The notes beneath the pieces are model-generated. The model worked only from the letters and a program-made list of their open reading frames with translations. It was not told the origin of the DNA and did no database searches. 64,000 nt of DNA from an uncultured Prevotella sp. (GTDB taxonomy: Bacteria > Bacteroidota > Bacteroidia > Bacteroidales > Bacteroidaceae), in the NCBI GenBank assembly GCA_964411005.1, contig CAYPJA010000008.1:12924-76923 (forward strand). Direction: 5' to 3'. This document shows positions 9,047 to 19,130 of this stretch, piece by piece. The first letter of the stretch is position 1. Every line of letters starts with the position of its first letter. The translations under genes and the position numbers were made by a program.

Positions 9047-12000
9047 ATGAGAAAATCGGTTAGAAAATTGAATCTCCGGCCCCGGTTCTCGAGACCGACG
9101 GGATGGTTAATGGCCTTTGCCCTCACGGCCTTTGCCCCTGTGGGGGTGCAGGCGCAGAGCGTTGTCTTTCCGCAAGAGCAACAGGCAGGGACGGCCCGCT
9201 TGAGCGAATCGGGTGACACTTACACGCTGAGCAACGACCTGCTCTCAGCCTCTTTCGTCAAGAATGCCGGCGGGCAGCTCCTCTTTGGAGGCTGTGAGGC
9301 CATGAATCTCAAGGCTGGGTCGCCGCTCTTCAGGGTGGTGCTCGGCGGAGGCATGTCCTTCACCTCTTCTGAAATGACCCTGGAAAGTGTCACCATGCGT
9401 GACTTGACAGCCGACAAGCAGGCGGCGAAAGGTTCGGAGCGTTTTGCAGGAAAGGCCCTTGAGGCTGTGTTCACACACGGCAATCTGCGCGTCACGTGGC
9501 AGGCTGTGCTGCGCGACGGCTCTCATTATCTGCGCACGGAGATGGACATCACTGCCACCGACGACCAGAGAATGCAGTCTATCACGCCCATGATTTATGA
9601 TGTCGACGTGCTGACTGCGGGCACCGTGCCGGTGAAAGTGGGCAATACCCGTGGCGCTGTGCTTGCCAGCGACAAGATTTTTGCCGGACTGGAGACACCG
9701 ATGGGCGTCAACAGTGCGCTGATTTCCAACACGGGATTCGATGTATTCACACCGAAGGCGTGGACGCCTGAATCGTTCGCATGGACACCCGGCGAGGAGA
9801 CTCCCTCTGAAATTTTGAATCTCACGACCACAGACGGCTCTAAGAATATCACGTCCGACGGCGTAGTGTGTGCCCGTGGCTACGTCAGCTTCCGTACAGC
9901 GGGCGAGCAGACGCTCACCTTCCGTTATAAGAGTGGCAACCATCGGCTCAACATCGTGGGTGTTGATGTCGTCGACGGCACAGGGAAAGTCATCGCCAGC
10001 GACTATCATGTGGGCTTTGCCGGTGGCCAGCTTGTCAAGAATGTCTATAAGCTCAACATCCCGGAGACGGGTGCTTACGTGTTGCGCTATTTTGCCGAGA
10101 CCATCACTGAGAGCATTGATAGCCGCGGTGAGGTCGACTTCAGTGGTCGCATAGCTGAGCCGGTCGTGCTCTACGACCTTGTCGGTGATGAGGTCTCAGT
10201 GAAAAAGGCCAACCGTCCTGCCGACAGCGACATCTACGACCAGACACAGTTTGCGGCTACGGCCGACGGCTATACGCAGGAGAACGGTTGCGGCGAGCCG
10301 TCTGACATCGTCGACGGCGACAAGGATACCTATTGGCATTCCGACTATAAGACCGACGGCAAGAAGGCTATGCCTCACTGGTTCATGGTTGACATGAGGC
10401 GGTCGCAACCTGTACGTAGTTTGGGCTTTACCGCCCGGCAGGTGAGCGGCAATAAGGCGGCCGACGCTACGACCAACGGCCAGATTAAGGAATACGAGAT
10501 TTGGACCGGCGATGACAGCAATCAGCTCACCAAGCAGAAGACAGGTACGCTGCCGTTTACGCTCCGTGAGCAGTGGATAAACCTCGACGAGACGGTCAAT
10601 GCACGCTATGTGAAGGTGGTAGTTAAGTCTTCGCAGAACGGCCGCGAGTTTGCCGCCATTGGCGAGTTTCGCATTTCCAAGGGCGTAAGTGCTGATCAGC
10701 CGCTGTCACTTGCCGACGGCGATTCCGATACCGACAGCTGGGAGGCTTCCTATTGGACGCAGTTGGCTGCCGACAGCGTCCCCGGCCGTGTGAAGGAATT
10801 GGGACACGACGCCCCCAACGTCTATAAGCACGAGACACCGGCCACCATTCTGACGCCCCGTGGCACGCTGAAAGTCACCTTCCAGTATGCTTCCGGAAAC
10901 AATCGCTTGCAGATTGTCGGCGTCGACTTGCTTGATCACAGCCGCGATGTTGTGGCCAGCGACTATCACTTCGGAACCACAGGTACATCGTCGACCGACA
11001 ATACTTATACGCTCGGTGTGCCCAATAACGGCAATTTCACCTTGCGCTATATCGTTTCGATGAAGGATGAGGCCAATACTTCTACTGGTTCCATCGCTCT
11101 GGGCTATGAGATTACTGACACTCTCCACATGCCCGCACCCGTCGAGGTGCCCATTGAGGGCTATTGGAAACGCCCCACCACGCTCAAGGCCGGCAAGACC
11201 TGGAACGTGTCTGCCGTCGTTGGTCTCGTTGCCCCCGGGCAGCAGCGCCGTTCCTTCCTTGCCTATAGTGAGCGCGAGCGTGCCGTGGCATGGCGTCCGA
11301 TGACCATCTACAACTCTTGGTATGAGCTCAACATCGACCGCAACAATGCAGCTGGCAATGGCGGCGTGTATGGCAAGAAGGGTGATTACACTGGCAATTA
11401 CACCAGCGACCAGTGCGTTAAGGTGCTGAATCAATGGAAGACCCAGTTCTACGACAAGTATCAGAAGGCTCCCGTCGCTTTCGTTTGGGATGACGGATGG
11501 GACGAATACGGCACTTGGACCTTCAATGGAAACTTCCCACAAGGCTTTGCTCCCGAGGACAAGTTGGCCAAGGAGATGAATTCGGGCATTGGCACTTGGC
11601 TCGGTCCTGTGGGCGGCTATGGTACCTGTGGCAACTACCGCCGCAATTATTGGAGCGGACAGGGTGGCATGCAGCTTAGCAACCAGAAGTATTATGATTA
11701 CTTCGTCTCGTGTTGCGACACCATGATCAAGAGCTACGAATTCCGTTTCTTCAAGTTCGATGGCATCAGCTCACAGTTCTCTTCTGTAGGTCCTGACCTC
11801 ACCGATACCGGTCTGGAGAACGCCGAGGCCATCATTCAGATTGAGCGTGACGTGCGCAAGCTCCGTCCTGATATCTTCTACAATACTACTGTCGGCACAT
11901 GGGCCTCGCCGTTCTGGTATCACTACACTGATGCCACTTGGAGACAGGAGAACGATTATGGCACCATTGGCGTGGGAACCGATCGCGAGAAGTGGATTAC

Positions 12001-12772
12001 CTACCGCGACCGCCTCGTCTATCAGAACTATGTGCAGAACTCACCGCTCTGTCCCATCAACACGCTGATGACGCACGGACTCATCCTCTCCTCTCACGGA
12101 AACGTGTCGAAGGATATGGATTATAGTGGAATCGTGCGCGAGATGCGCTGTGCTTTTGGTTGTGGATCAGCCATGGTGGAACTCTATGTCGACTATGAGC
12201 GCATGAATAATATCCAGAACAGCAAGAAACAGAAGGGCATGTTGTGGAAAGAACTTTCCGATTGCATGGCTTGGCAGGAGCGAAACGCCGACGTCTTGCC
12301 CGACATTCACTGGGTGGGTGGCAATCCATGGGACGGCTCCAAGGCCAATATCTACGGTTGGGCTGCCTGGAATGGCAAGAAGGTCACGCTGACCCTGCGC
12401 AACGGCAGTACCTCCGCACAGACGCTCACCACGACTTTGCGGCGTGTGTTCGACATTCCCGATTACATCAACACCACCATCACGCTGAAGACCTCGTTTG
12501 AGGATCAGAAGGCACTTGGCGGCTTGGAGACAGAAAAGGCCATCGACATTGACCAACAGTTGAACATCAACATGCCGGCTTCTACGGTCTATGTGTTTGA
12601 AGGTGTCGACGACGGGCAGGAGGAATTCAATCCTGTGGTAAACGCCATCGAGGAGGTCAATACTCCTGTAGAGACGGTCAGCAATCGCATCTATAATCTG
12701 GCAGGCCAGCAGCTGACTGAACTGCAACGGGGTGTGAACATCGTTGATGGAAAGAAAATCGTGAAGAAATAA
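9047..12772 (+). CDS. Secreted multidomain glycoside hydrolase (clan GH-D-like barrel) with F5/8-type discoidin domain and T9SS C-terminal signal
   Basis: Signal peptide. DGD..TYWHS...PHW..VDM...ARYVK discoidin motif. YNSW / WDDGWD / FKFDG catalytic-type motifs. C-terminal IYNLAGQ...GVNIVDGKKIVKK. Confidence 0.7.
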   Translation: MRKSVRKLNLRPRFSRPTGWLMAFALTAFAPVGVQAQSVVFPQEQQAGTARLSESGDTYTLSNDLLSASFVKNAGGQLLFGGCEAMNLKAGSPLFRVVLGGGMSFTSSEMTLESVTMRDLTADKQAAKGSERFAGKALEAVFTHGNLRVTWQAVLRDGSHYLRTEMDITATDDQRMQSITPMIYDVDVLTAGTVPVKVGNTRGAVLASDKIFAGLETPMGVNSALISNTGFDVFTPKAWTPESFAWTPGEETPSEILNLTTTDGSKNITSDGVVCARGYVSFRTAGEQTLTFRYKSGNHRLNIVGVDVVDGTGKVIASDYHVGFAGGQLVKNVYKLNIPETGAYVLRYFAETITESIDSRGEVDFSGRIAEPVVLYDLVGDEVSVKKANRPADSDIYDQTQFAATADGYTQENGCGEPSDIVDGDKDTYWHSDYKTDGKKAMPHWFMVDMRRSQPVRSLGFTARQVSGNKAADATTNGQIKEYEIWTGDDSNQLTKQKTGTLPFTLREQWINLDETVNARYVKVVVKSSQNGREFAAIGEFRISKGVSADQPLSLADGDSDTDSWEASYWTQLAADSVPGRVKELGHDAPNVYKHETPATILTPRGTLKVTFQYASGNNRLQIVGVDLLDHSRDVVASDYHFGTTGTSSTDNTYTLGVPNNGNFTLRYIVSMKDEANTSTGSIALGYEITDTLHMPAPVEVPIEGYWKRPTTLKAGKTWNVSAVVGLVAPGQQRRSFLAYSERERAVAWRPMTIYNSWYELNIDRNNAAGNGGVYGKKGDYTGNYTSDQCVKVLNQWKTQFYDKYQKAPVAFVWDDGWDEYGTWTFNGNFPQGFAPEDKLAKEMNSGIGTWLGPVGGYGTCGNYRRNYWSGQGGMQLSNQKYYDYFVSCCDTMIKSYEFRFFKFDGISSQFSSVGPDLTDTGLENAEAIIQIERDVRKLRPDIFYNTTVGTWASPFWYHYTDATWRQENDYGTIGVGTDREKWITYRDRLVYQNYVQNSPLCPINTLMTHGLILSSHGNVSKDMDYSGIVREMRCAFGCGSAMVELYVDYERMNNIQNSKKQKGMLWKELSDCMAWQERNADVLPDIHWVGGNPWDGSKANIYGWAAWNGKKVTLTLRNGSTSAQTLTTTLRRVFDIPDYINTTITLKTSFEDQKALGGLETEKAIDIDQQLNINMPASTVYVFEGVDDGQEEFNPVVNAIEEVNTPVETVSNRIYNLAGQQLTELQRGVNIVDGKKIVKK

Positions 12773-12794
12773 CGACAAGACTGAACCTATAATT

Positions 12795-12829
12795 GAGTGT
12801 GATCCCTTCAATGGGGTCACACTTTTTTT
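12795..12829 (+). terminator. Intrinsic terminator
   Basis: GAGTGTGATCCC-TTCAAT-GGGGTCACACTT followed by a T run. Confidence 0.8.
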
Positions 12830-12940
12830 AATAAGGGTAAACTCACGCGATCAGATTTATCAGCTCGACAGACATGTTCTTGGTGTGGCAGACCGTTGTA
12901 GACTGATGATAACATCAGCAAGGAGCAATAAAAAAGGATC

Positions 12941-13008
12941 CTCAATAAACCCTTCGCCCCGGCTCCCATCTCAATTGAGAAGAGAGCCGGGGCGAAGGGT
13001 TTATTGAG
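12941..13008. repeat. Long near-perfect inverted repeat downstream of the HMA gene (terminator or stabiliser)
   Basis: CTCAATAAACCCTTCGCCCCGGCTC ... GAGCCGGGGCGAAGGGTTTATTGAG, 25-bp perfect arms. Confidence 0.85.
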
Positions 13009-13013
13009 TTCAT

Positions 13014-13346
13014 TTACATATTCTCGCAGCTCAGACCTTCCTGATGAGCCACTTGCTCACTCTTCTTCACCTCGCGTGCAGTGTAGCCGAACTTGGAGAA
13101 ACTGGCAATGAGTTTCAGCTTGTTGGTCTTCTTGGGATTGAAGACGACGGTTACTTTCTGTGCGGGAATATCGGTGTCAATGTTCTTGACGCCCTTCTCG
13201 AAGCGCAGGTTGCCCTTGATTTTTTGCTCGCAGCTGGCGCAGTGCATCTGTGGTGTAGTGGTTACATAGAGTGTGTCGTTGCCGACTTTTGCTTGTGCGG
13301 TCATGGCCAGAACGGCCATGAAGGCTGAGAGCACTGTTTTTTTCAT
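13014..13346 (-). CDS. Exported heavy-metal-associated (HMA) domain protein
   Basis: Signal peptide and MHCASC metal-binding motif. Confidence 0.88.
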   Translation of the reverse strand: MKKTVLSAFMAVLAMTAQAKVGNDTLYVTTTPQMHCASCEQKIKGNLRFEKGVKNIDTDIPAQKVTVVFNPKKTNKLKLIASFSKFGYTAREVKKSEQVAHQEGLSCENM

Positions 13347-13363
13347 CTTTTCTTATATAGTTT

Positions 13364-15439
13364 TTATTGTCGTCCGATGTTCACGCGCACACCGACGTAG
13401 CCCATAGCGCCTGTCATGGGGCCATAGATGAGCGTTGGGTCGAAACGGTCGCTCCACGGCTCAGCGGGGTTGATGATGGGATGCTTCTGCTTGTGGTTGG
13501 TGAGATTCTCGCCACCTACGTAGACAGAGAAGTGGCGGAACCAACGCGTCAGTTGCAGATTGAGGCGCTCGTAGGCCTTGAAGCGCGGTGACCAGCTCTG
13601 ACTGCCATCGTCGAGCGTGTAGGGCGTGGGCATGCGTCCGCCACCGTTGAGTTGTAGGGTGGCATCAATCTGCCACAGCCCGAGCGGCGTCTTATAGGAA
13701 GCCGTGATCAGTCCCTTATATTTGCTTTGCAGCGGCTTCTCCATGGTGTGTCCGTTGAAAGTCTCGCGCACGAGGTTCCAACGGTAAGCCACGAGCACGT
13801 TGAGTCCCTTCACCACATCCATGGAGGCATCCACTTGCCATGTGTGTGAATAGCTCTTGCCGTCAAGGTCAGCCAGACGGATGACCGATGGGTCACTGTC
13901 GTAGTCGATAAGCATCTGGTGTTGGAAGTCGGTATAGTAATAGTCGGCGTTGACTTTCAGCAACCGCCTTCCCAAGGGCAGGTTGAGTGCCGCTGAGAGG
14001 CCGTAGTTCCATGCCTCTTCTTGACTTAGTTGGTCAATGACGAGTCGTCTTCCCGAAGCCAAAAGATAGTGGTTCTCGGCCAGTGCGTGAGGCGACCGGT
14101 ATCCCTTGCCTGCGCTGGCACGAAGGGAGAGCAGGTCGTTAGCCTGCCATTTCACGTGGAAGCGTGGTGTAAGGAAGGTGCCATAGACGCTACTGTGGTC
14201 GAGGCGCAGGCCGGCCATGGCCACGAGATGTTCGTGGAGGTTGTAGGTGTACTGGGCATAGCCACCCACGGTGTTCTCTTTCTTGTTGTCGCGTGTGCGG
14301 CTGGCGTCGTCATGACGCAGGTTGTAGAGCTGCCCGAAGTAGTCGTGCTGCCAGTTGGCGCCGACCGAGAGGTTGTGATCGTGGCCGAGATTGGTCTCAA
14401 AGACCAACTGCGTGTAGAGGTCTTTCTCGTTCACGTAGTAGGTCTTGTGCCCGTAGCGCGCATCCTGCTGTTGCATGGAGAAGTTGGTCAGCCATGCCAG
14501 ATTGGCCCCTGTGTGGTGGTCAAGCACGAGGGCGTGCTTCATGTAGGCCTCATAGCGGTCGGTGCTTACGTTGGTGGTGAAGAGGTGGGTGCCGTCTTCG
14601 GCTTGCCGGTGGCTGTGAGTGGACTGCCCGCCCTGTCGCCGCTCGTTGAGCAGTCCCAGTCCGCCATGGAAAAAGTAGGTATCTCCGATATAGGCCCAAC
14701 GGTTCTGTACGTTGTACTGCCGCACCTTTGGCTCGTCGAGGAAGCCGTCGTCGTTGCCGTCGTGGTGGCTCCAGTCGTTCTGGAAGTGGCCGAGCACGAC
14801 GGTTGAGAGACGCTTGTTGAGGTGGATGTTACCGTCGACGTTGGCATCGAGGCGGCTCATGGTGTTACCGTAGACGTTGACGGTGACGCCTTCAGGATCA
14901 TCGGGTTTCAGATATTCCACGTTGATTTGCCCGGTGACGCTCTCGTAGCCGTTGCGCACTGAGGCGGCTCCTTTCGAGACTGAGATGTTCTTCATCCATG
15001 GGCCGGGCACATAGTCGAGCGAATAGGGCGAGGCGGCTCCGCGGAAATTGGGGAGGTTTTCGGTGAGCATCTGTACATAGGTACCGCTCAGTCCGAGCAG
15101 TTTGATCTGTTTCGCACCTGTGGTGGCGTCGCTGTAGCTGACGTCTACGCTTGGATTGGTGGTGAAGCTCTCGCCGAGATTGCAGCAAGCGGCCTTGAAG
15201 AGCTCGTCCTTGCCGAGTACGCTACCGTTCAGGGCTCCCTTCATGCGCATCATGCCGGGCTTGCGGCGCGTGATGGTCACCTCGTGGAGATCGTGTCCGT
15301 CGTGGGTGGCTACAGTGTCGGGAGCTTGGTTGTGAACAACGTTGGTGGCTAGGGTGCGGCTTTCCGCGCTTTGCGTGAAAGTGATACTGAGGGTGGAGAA
15401 AAGTAGGATATTCCTAAGAAAACGGTCCTGAATGGGCAT
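13364..15439 (-). CDS. TonB-dependent receptor, probably metal uptake
   Basis: Plug with KAACCNLGESFTTNPSVDV, beta-barrel with aromatic periodicity, His-rich loops. Co-oriented with the HMA gene. Confidence 0.88.
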   Translation of the reverse strand: MPIQDRFLRNILLFSTLSITFTQSAESRTLATNVVHNQAPDTVATHDGHDLHEVTITRRKPGMMRMKGALNGSVLGKDELFKAACCNLGESFTTNPSVDVSYSDATTGAKQIKLLGLSGTYVQMLTENLPNFRGAASPYSLDYVPGPWMKNISVSKGAASVRNGYESVTGQINVEYLKPDDPEGVTVNVYGNTMSRLDANVDGNIHLNKRLSTVVLGHFQNDWSHHDGNDDGFLDEPKVRQYNVQNRWAYIGDTYFFHGGLGLLNERRQGGQSTHSHRQAEDGTHLFTTNVSTDRYEAYMKHALVLDHHTGANLAWLTNFSMQQQDARYGHKTYYVNEKDLYTQLVFETNLGHDHNLSVGANWQHDYFGQLYNLRHDDASRTRDNKKENTVGGYAQYTYNLHEHLVAMAGLRLDHSSVYGTFLTPRFHVKWQANDLLSLRASAGKGYRSPHALAENHYLLASGRRLVIDQLSQEEAWNYGLSAALNLPLGRRLLKVNADYYYTDFQHQMLIDYDSDPSVIRLADLDGKSYSHTWQVDASMDVVKGLNVLVAYRWNLVRETFNGHTMEKPLQSKYKGLITASYKTPLGLWQIDATLQLNGGGRMPTPYTLDDGSQSWSPRFKAYERLNLQLTRWFRHFSVYVGGENLTNHKQKHPIINPAEPWSDRFDPTLIYGPMTGAMGYVGVRVNIGRQ

Positions 15440-15526
15440 TTGTTTGACTGATTATTCTTAATTCAGTTGCAAATATACTCATTTCTTGTCAATCGGCAAA
15501 ATCGTCAACTGTATTTATAGACTTTT

Positions 15527-16066
15527 TCACAGACTATCGGCAGGGATCTTGTTGCCCTTGGGTATCAGTATGCCTGCCTGGTCGTAGGTTTTCAAGAGTG
15601 TTCGTGCTTTGCGCAGGTGCTTGCGGTCGCGCCGTCCGCGGCGGTCTATCAGGTTGGCGAAGTCGAACTCCAACATTCTGTGTGGGGCTTTGTGGCATGG
15701 GTCGGTATAGGGGATGTTTTGCTTGAGTTTGCTGACGTTGGGTCGGTAGTGTCCGTCAATGACGACCTCGTTCAGTCGTTTGCCTTCGGGGATGAGCCAC
15801 ATGGTGTCGGTCAGTTCGCGCAGGTAAAGCGACTCGCTGTAGTAGCCTGGCTTCTCGAACGTCACGCTCTGGAAACTGTCGGGTACGACGCAGCGTCCGC
15901 TGTAGTCGAGTGTGTCGTGGCATATGACGTTGACGCTGTCGGCCCACACGGTGACGGCAACATGGCCTACGGGCAAGCGGTTCTCCATGTCGTAGACAAG
16001 AACCACCTTGCCCGCAGCTGCAGCCGCGGCCGACAGCAGCAGGAAGATGATGACGCGGTGCTTCAT
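15527..16066 (-). CDS. Hypothetical exported protein (carboxypeptidase-regulatory-like N-domain)
   Basis: Start set at MKHRVIIFLLL signal peptide. VYD.....PV..V.V and L.EVVI motifs. Confidence 0.6.
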   Translation of the reverse strand: MKHRVIIFLLLSAAAAAAGKVVLVYDMENRLPVGHVAVTVWADSVNVICHDTLDYSGRCVVPDSFQSVTFEKPGYYSESLYLRELTDTMWLIPEGKRLNEVVIDGHYRPNVSKLKQNIPYTDPCHKAPHRMLEFDFANLIDRRGRRDRKHLRKARTLLKTYDQAGILIPKGNKIPADSL

Positions 16067-16121
16067 AGGCTCTTTCCGTTTTGTCCCGGTGGCTGTGGCG
16101 GCCGCGCGGAGGCTGTGGGTC

Positions 16122-19055
16122 TTACTTCTTTGGGCTCTTGTTGAACTTCCAGGCGAGCGAGAACATGACGTAGCGCGAGAGGCTGTTGGTCCAGGTTTCG
16201 GTGCGGCCCTGCGCATTAAGATTGTAGGAGGTCGATTCGATCTTCCCGAGAATGTCGAAGGCTTTGACCTTGGCAATGAGTTTTCCCTTGAGGAACGGAT
16301 AGGAGACCTGCGCGTTCCACACGAGGTAGTCGCGGTTCATCTGGCGTGTCTGGTAGCCGTCGCGCACATATTCGGTGAGGTCGGTGGCCAGTTGGAGCTT
16401 GAAGGGTAGCTCATATTCGCCTGTCAGTCCGTAGCGCAGGTCGCGCGTATTGATTTTTTGGAAATTGGCGCGGTTGCCCGTGGCATGGCGATAGCTGAAG
16501 TCGGCGAAGGCACTTAGCGTGAGTTTGTCTTTTTGATAGGTGAGTCTTAGATATTGTCCGAGTGTGAGATTGTTGACCTTCGACAGCACATCCGATTCTG
16601 TGTTGTAAGCAATGTCGAAGTCGACACTGTGGTTATAGTTGCCACTGGTGCGTGTCTCTATGGCGAAATGCTTCAGCCCGAGCGAGTCGAGGGAACGATC
16701 CCAGCCAAATTGTCCGCTGAGCGTGTAGTTGGGCTTGTCGACATTGTCCTGCATATAGGTGTAGTGGCCCGTGGAGGTGTCGTAGGTGGTGCGCGTACCG
16801 ATGGATCGCTTGGTGTAGTTGAAGCTCAGAACGAATGCTAGATCCTGTTGGATGTGCTTCTTGCTGAAGCCTATCCTGCCTTCTGCCGAATGGGTGATGG
16901 TGCTCTTTAGGTGCGGATTGTTGATGGTTGTGGACAGCGCGCTCGAGGTGTTGGCGTTGGGCATGAGCGAGACGAGGTCGGGGCGGTTGTTGCTGAAGCC
17001 ATAATGGGCATAGTAGCTCAGCTTCTCGCCCCATCCATAGGCGAAGAACGACGGGCTGAGCTGCCAGTAGGAGCGGCGGGCCAAAGTGTCGACGACGGCG
17101 TTCTGATAGTTGAGACGCTGGCTCGTATGCGTCAGCGGCAGCGCGAATCTCAGCCAGGAGTTGCTTGCGCTGTGGGCGAGTTCCAATTCGTAGGTTTCGT
17201 TTCGCGAGAGCATGTTGTAGTGGTTGCTGTTGGAGATGTCCATAGCCATCTGCAGGGAGTCGCGTGTTGACGGTAGATAGCGCAGGTCTCTCGTGCCCGG
17301 CGACAGGAAGCGGTCGTCTTCCGTCCGGTAAGGATCAGAGGCTTCGGCGTCCGACAGGCTGTTGTAGAGCCAGTCGAGGCGGTAGCTGTAGTTGCGGCGA
17401 TCTTGATAGCTTTGTAGGTAGGTGAACGACGGTGTGAGCGTCCAGCCGGCGTTCATGTGGTAGCCGTAGCCGATGCTGCCGTTATATAGATAGGAGTGGT
17501 TGCGTGTGTCGGCATAGCGGTGGCGCAGGTCGGTGCTGTCGTTGTCGGCATAGAGGGTGCGGTTGAGGCTGTAGCCGTCGGAGGGTTTGGCGCGGTTGGT
17601 CGTGATGTTGAAGGAGGCTTGCAGATCGTCGCCCCATGGCAGTTCTTGATAGAAGTAGGTGTTGAAGATGCCGTTGAGGTTGTGTGTCTTGCCGTAGGAT
17701 GCCGACCACGAGCGGTTGATGAGTGCCTGCCGCCAGGTGGAGTCGCTGCTCTCGGCCCGGTCTTTATTGTCTGTGTAGTTGAAAATCAGGGTTGTGTAGA
17801 GGCGGAAAGGCTTCTTGATGGTGAACTGGTTGCGGACGTTCAGATTGAAGTTCTTGATTCGTGATGCCGACTGGCTCCATCTGCTGATGTCACCGGCCTC
17901 GGCAAAGGTCAGGCTCGACGTGCGTGTCTGCGTGTCTTCGTTTCTCCAGGAGGCACTGGCACTGAGATTGTTCTTGATGGTCTGCTGCTTGTTCTCCAGA
18001 TCGAGGTTGGTGCCCACCCGTTTGTGGGTCGACCGTCCGTTGTTGTTGGTTCTGTCCCACCATTCGCCCTCCGATCCGGGCTCGCTGCTGTCGTTGACGT
18101 TGTTGACGTTGCCCATGAGCGAGAGGCGTGAGTGGTCTGTGTAGCGCAGCCCGAATGCGCGTGCCTGCCAGCGTCCGTGACTCCCGATGCCGGCTTCGGC
18201 GTTGGCCATGTAGCCTTTCGAGTATTCACGCTTGAGGTTGACGTCCATCACGTAGTCTTTTTTCTCCACCTCGCGTCCGGCCAGTTCGCTCTTCTCGGAG
18301 CTCTTGTCGAACACTTTGATGTTGTTGACGGTGTAATAGGGCAGATTTTCCAGCATCATCTTGTTGTCACCCTTGAAGAAATCTTTGCCGTTGAGGGTGA
18401 GGTAGTCAATCTTGCGGCCGTTGATATAGATGTCTCCGTTGCTCTTGAGTTCGGCGCCGGGCATCTGCTTGATGAGGCCGTCGAGCATCGACCCTTCGGG
18501 CATATTGAAGGCCGAGGCGTTGTAGACGAGCGTGTCGCCGTGGTAGGTGAATTTCACCTTTGTGCCGGTGACGACCACACCGTCGAGGTTGATGCTCTCG
18601 TGAATCTCGCGCTTCATCAGCAGATTGGGCAGTTCGAAGTAGCTCTTTCGGTTGGCATATTTCAGCTCATAGTCGAGATAGGCGGTCTCATAGCCCTCAT
18701 ACTCGGCCTTGATGATGTATTTGCGGCCATTGACGGCAGGCACGCTGAAGCTATAGCCGCTCTCCAGACGCCAGTTCCAGCAGGTCATGGAGTCGACAAA
18801 CGAAGAGTCGGGATTCATCACCGTGACGAGGGCCGGCAGAGAGGCGTTGGTGAAGCTGTCGTTGACTTTGCCAACGATGCGTACCTTGCGCTTGGTCTCC
18901 TTCTGTGCGTTGTCCTTTTGTGTGGTCTTCGCCGTGTCTTGACGGGTCGTCCGGAAACTGCCGGCGATGGCTGATGATGAGAAAAGGAAGAAAAGGAGGA
19001 AGCTGAGCACGAGGCTTTGGACTTCCCGGTTATGGGAAAAAAGATGATGTTGCAT
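16122..19055 (-). CDS. Outer-membrane beta-barrel family protein (CarboxypepD_reg-like N-domain)
   Basis: GDTLVYNASAF, L.KQMPG, NGKDFF...ENLP motifs. C-terminal RYVMFSLAWKFN. Confidence 0.85.
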   Translation of the reverse strand: MQHHLFSHNREVQSLVLSFLLFFLFSSSAIAGSFRTTRQDTAKTTQKDNAQKETKRKVRIVGKVNDSFTNASLPALVTVMNPDSSFVDSMTCWNWRLESGYSFSVPAVNGRKYIIKAEYEGYETAYLDYELKYANRKSYFELPNLLMKREIHESINLDGVVVTGTKVKFTYHGDTLVYNASAFNMPEGSMLDGLIKQMPGAELKSNGDIYINGRKIDYLTLNGKDFFKGDNKMMLENLPYYTVNNIKVFDKSSEKSELAGREVEKKDYVMDVNLKREYSKGYMANAEAGIGSHGRWQARAFGLRYTDHSRLSLMGNVNNVNDSSEPGSEGEWWDRTNNNGRSTHKRVGTNLDLENKQQTIKNNLSASASWRNEDTQTRTSSLTFAEAGDISRWSQSASRIKNFNLNVRNQFTIKKPFRLYTTLIFNYTDNKDRAESSDSTWRQALINRSWSASYGKTHNLNGIFNTYFYQELPWGDDLQASFNITTNRAKPSDGYSLNRTLYADNDSTDLRHRYADTRNHSYLYNGSIGYGYHMNAGWTLTPSFTYLQSYQDRRNYSYRLDWLYNSLSDAEASDPYRTEDDRFLSPGTRDLRYLPSTRDSLQMAMDISNSNHYNMLSRNETYELELAHSASNSWLRFALPLTHTSQRLNYQNAVVDTLARRSYWQLSPSFFAYGWGEKLSYYAHYGFSNNRPDLVSLMPNANTSSALSTTINNPHLKSTITHSAEGRIGFSKKHIQQDLAFVLSFNYTKRSIGTRTTYDTSTGHYTYMQDNVDKPNYTLSGQFGWDRSLDSLGLKHFAIETRTSGNYNHSVDFDIAYNTESDVLSKVNNLTLGQYLRLTYQKDKLTLSAFADFSYRHATGNRANFQKINTRDLRYGLTGEYELPFKLQLATDLTEYVRDGYQTRQMNRDYLVWNAQVSYPFLKGKLIAKVKAFDILGKIESTSYNLNAQGRTETWTNSLSRYVMFSLAWKFNKSPKK

Positions 19056-19130
19056 GATTCTTTTGGTGATGGTTGGAGATGGGGAAAAGAAAGCGAATGT
19101 CTTGAAAGGGGAGGGTGACGACGGAAAACT

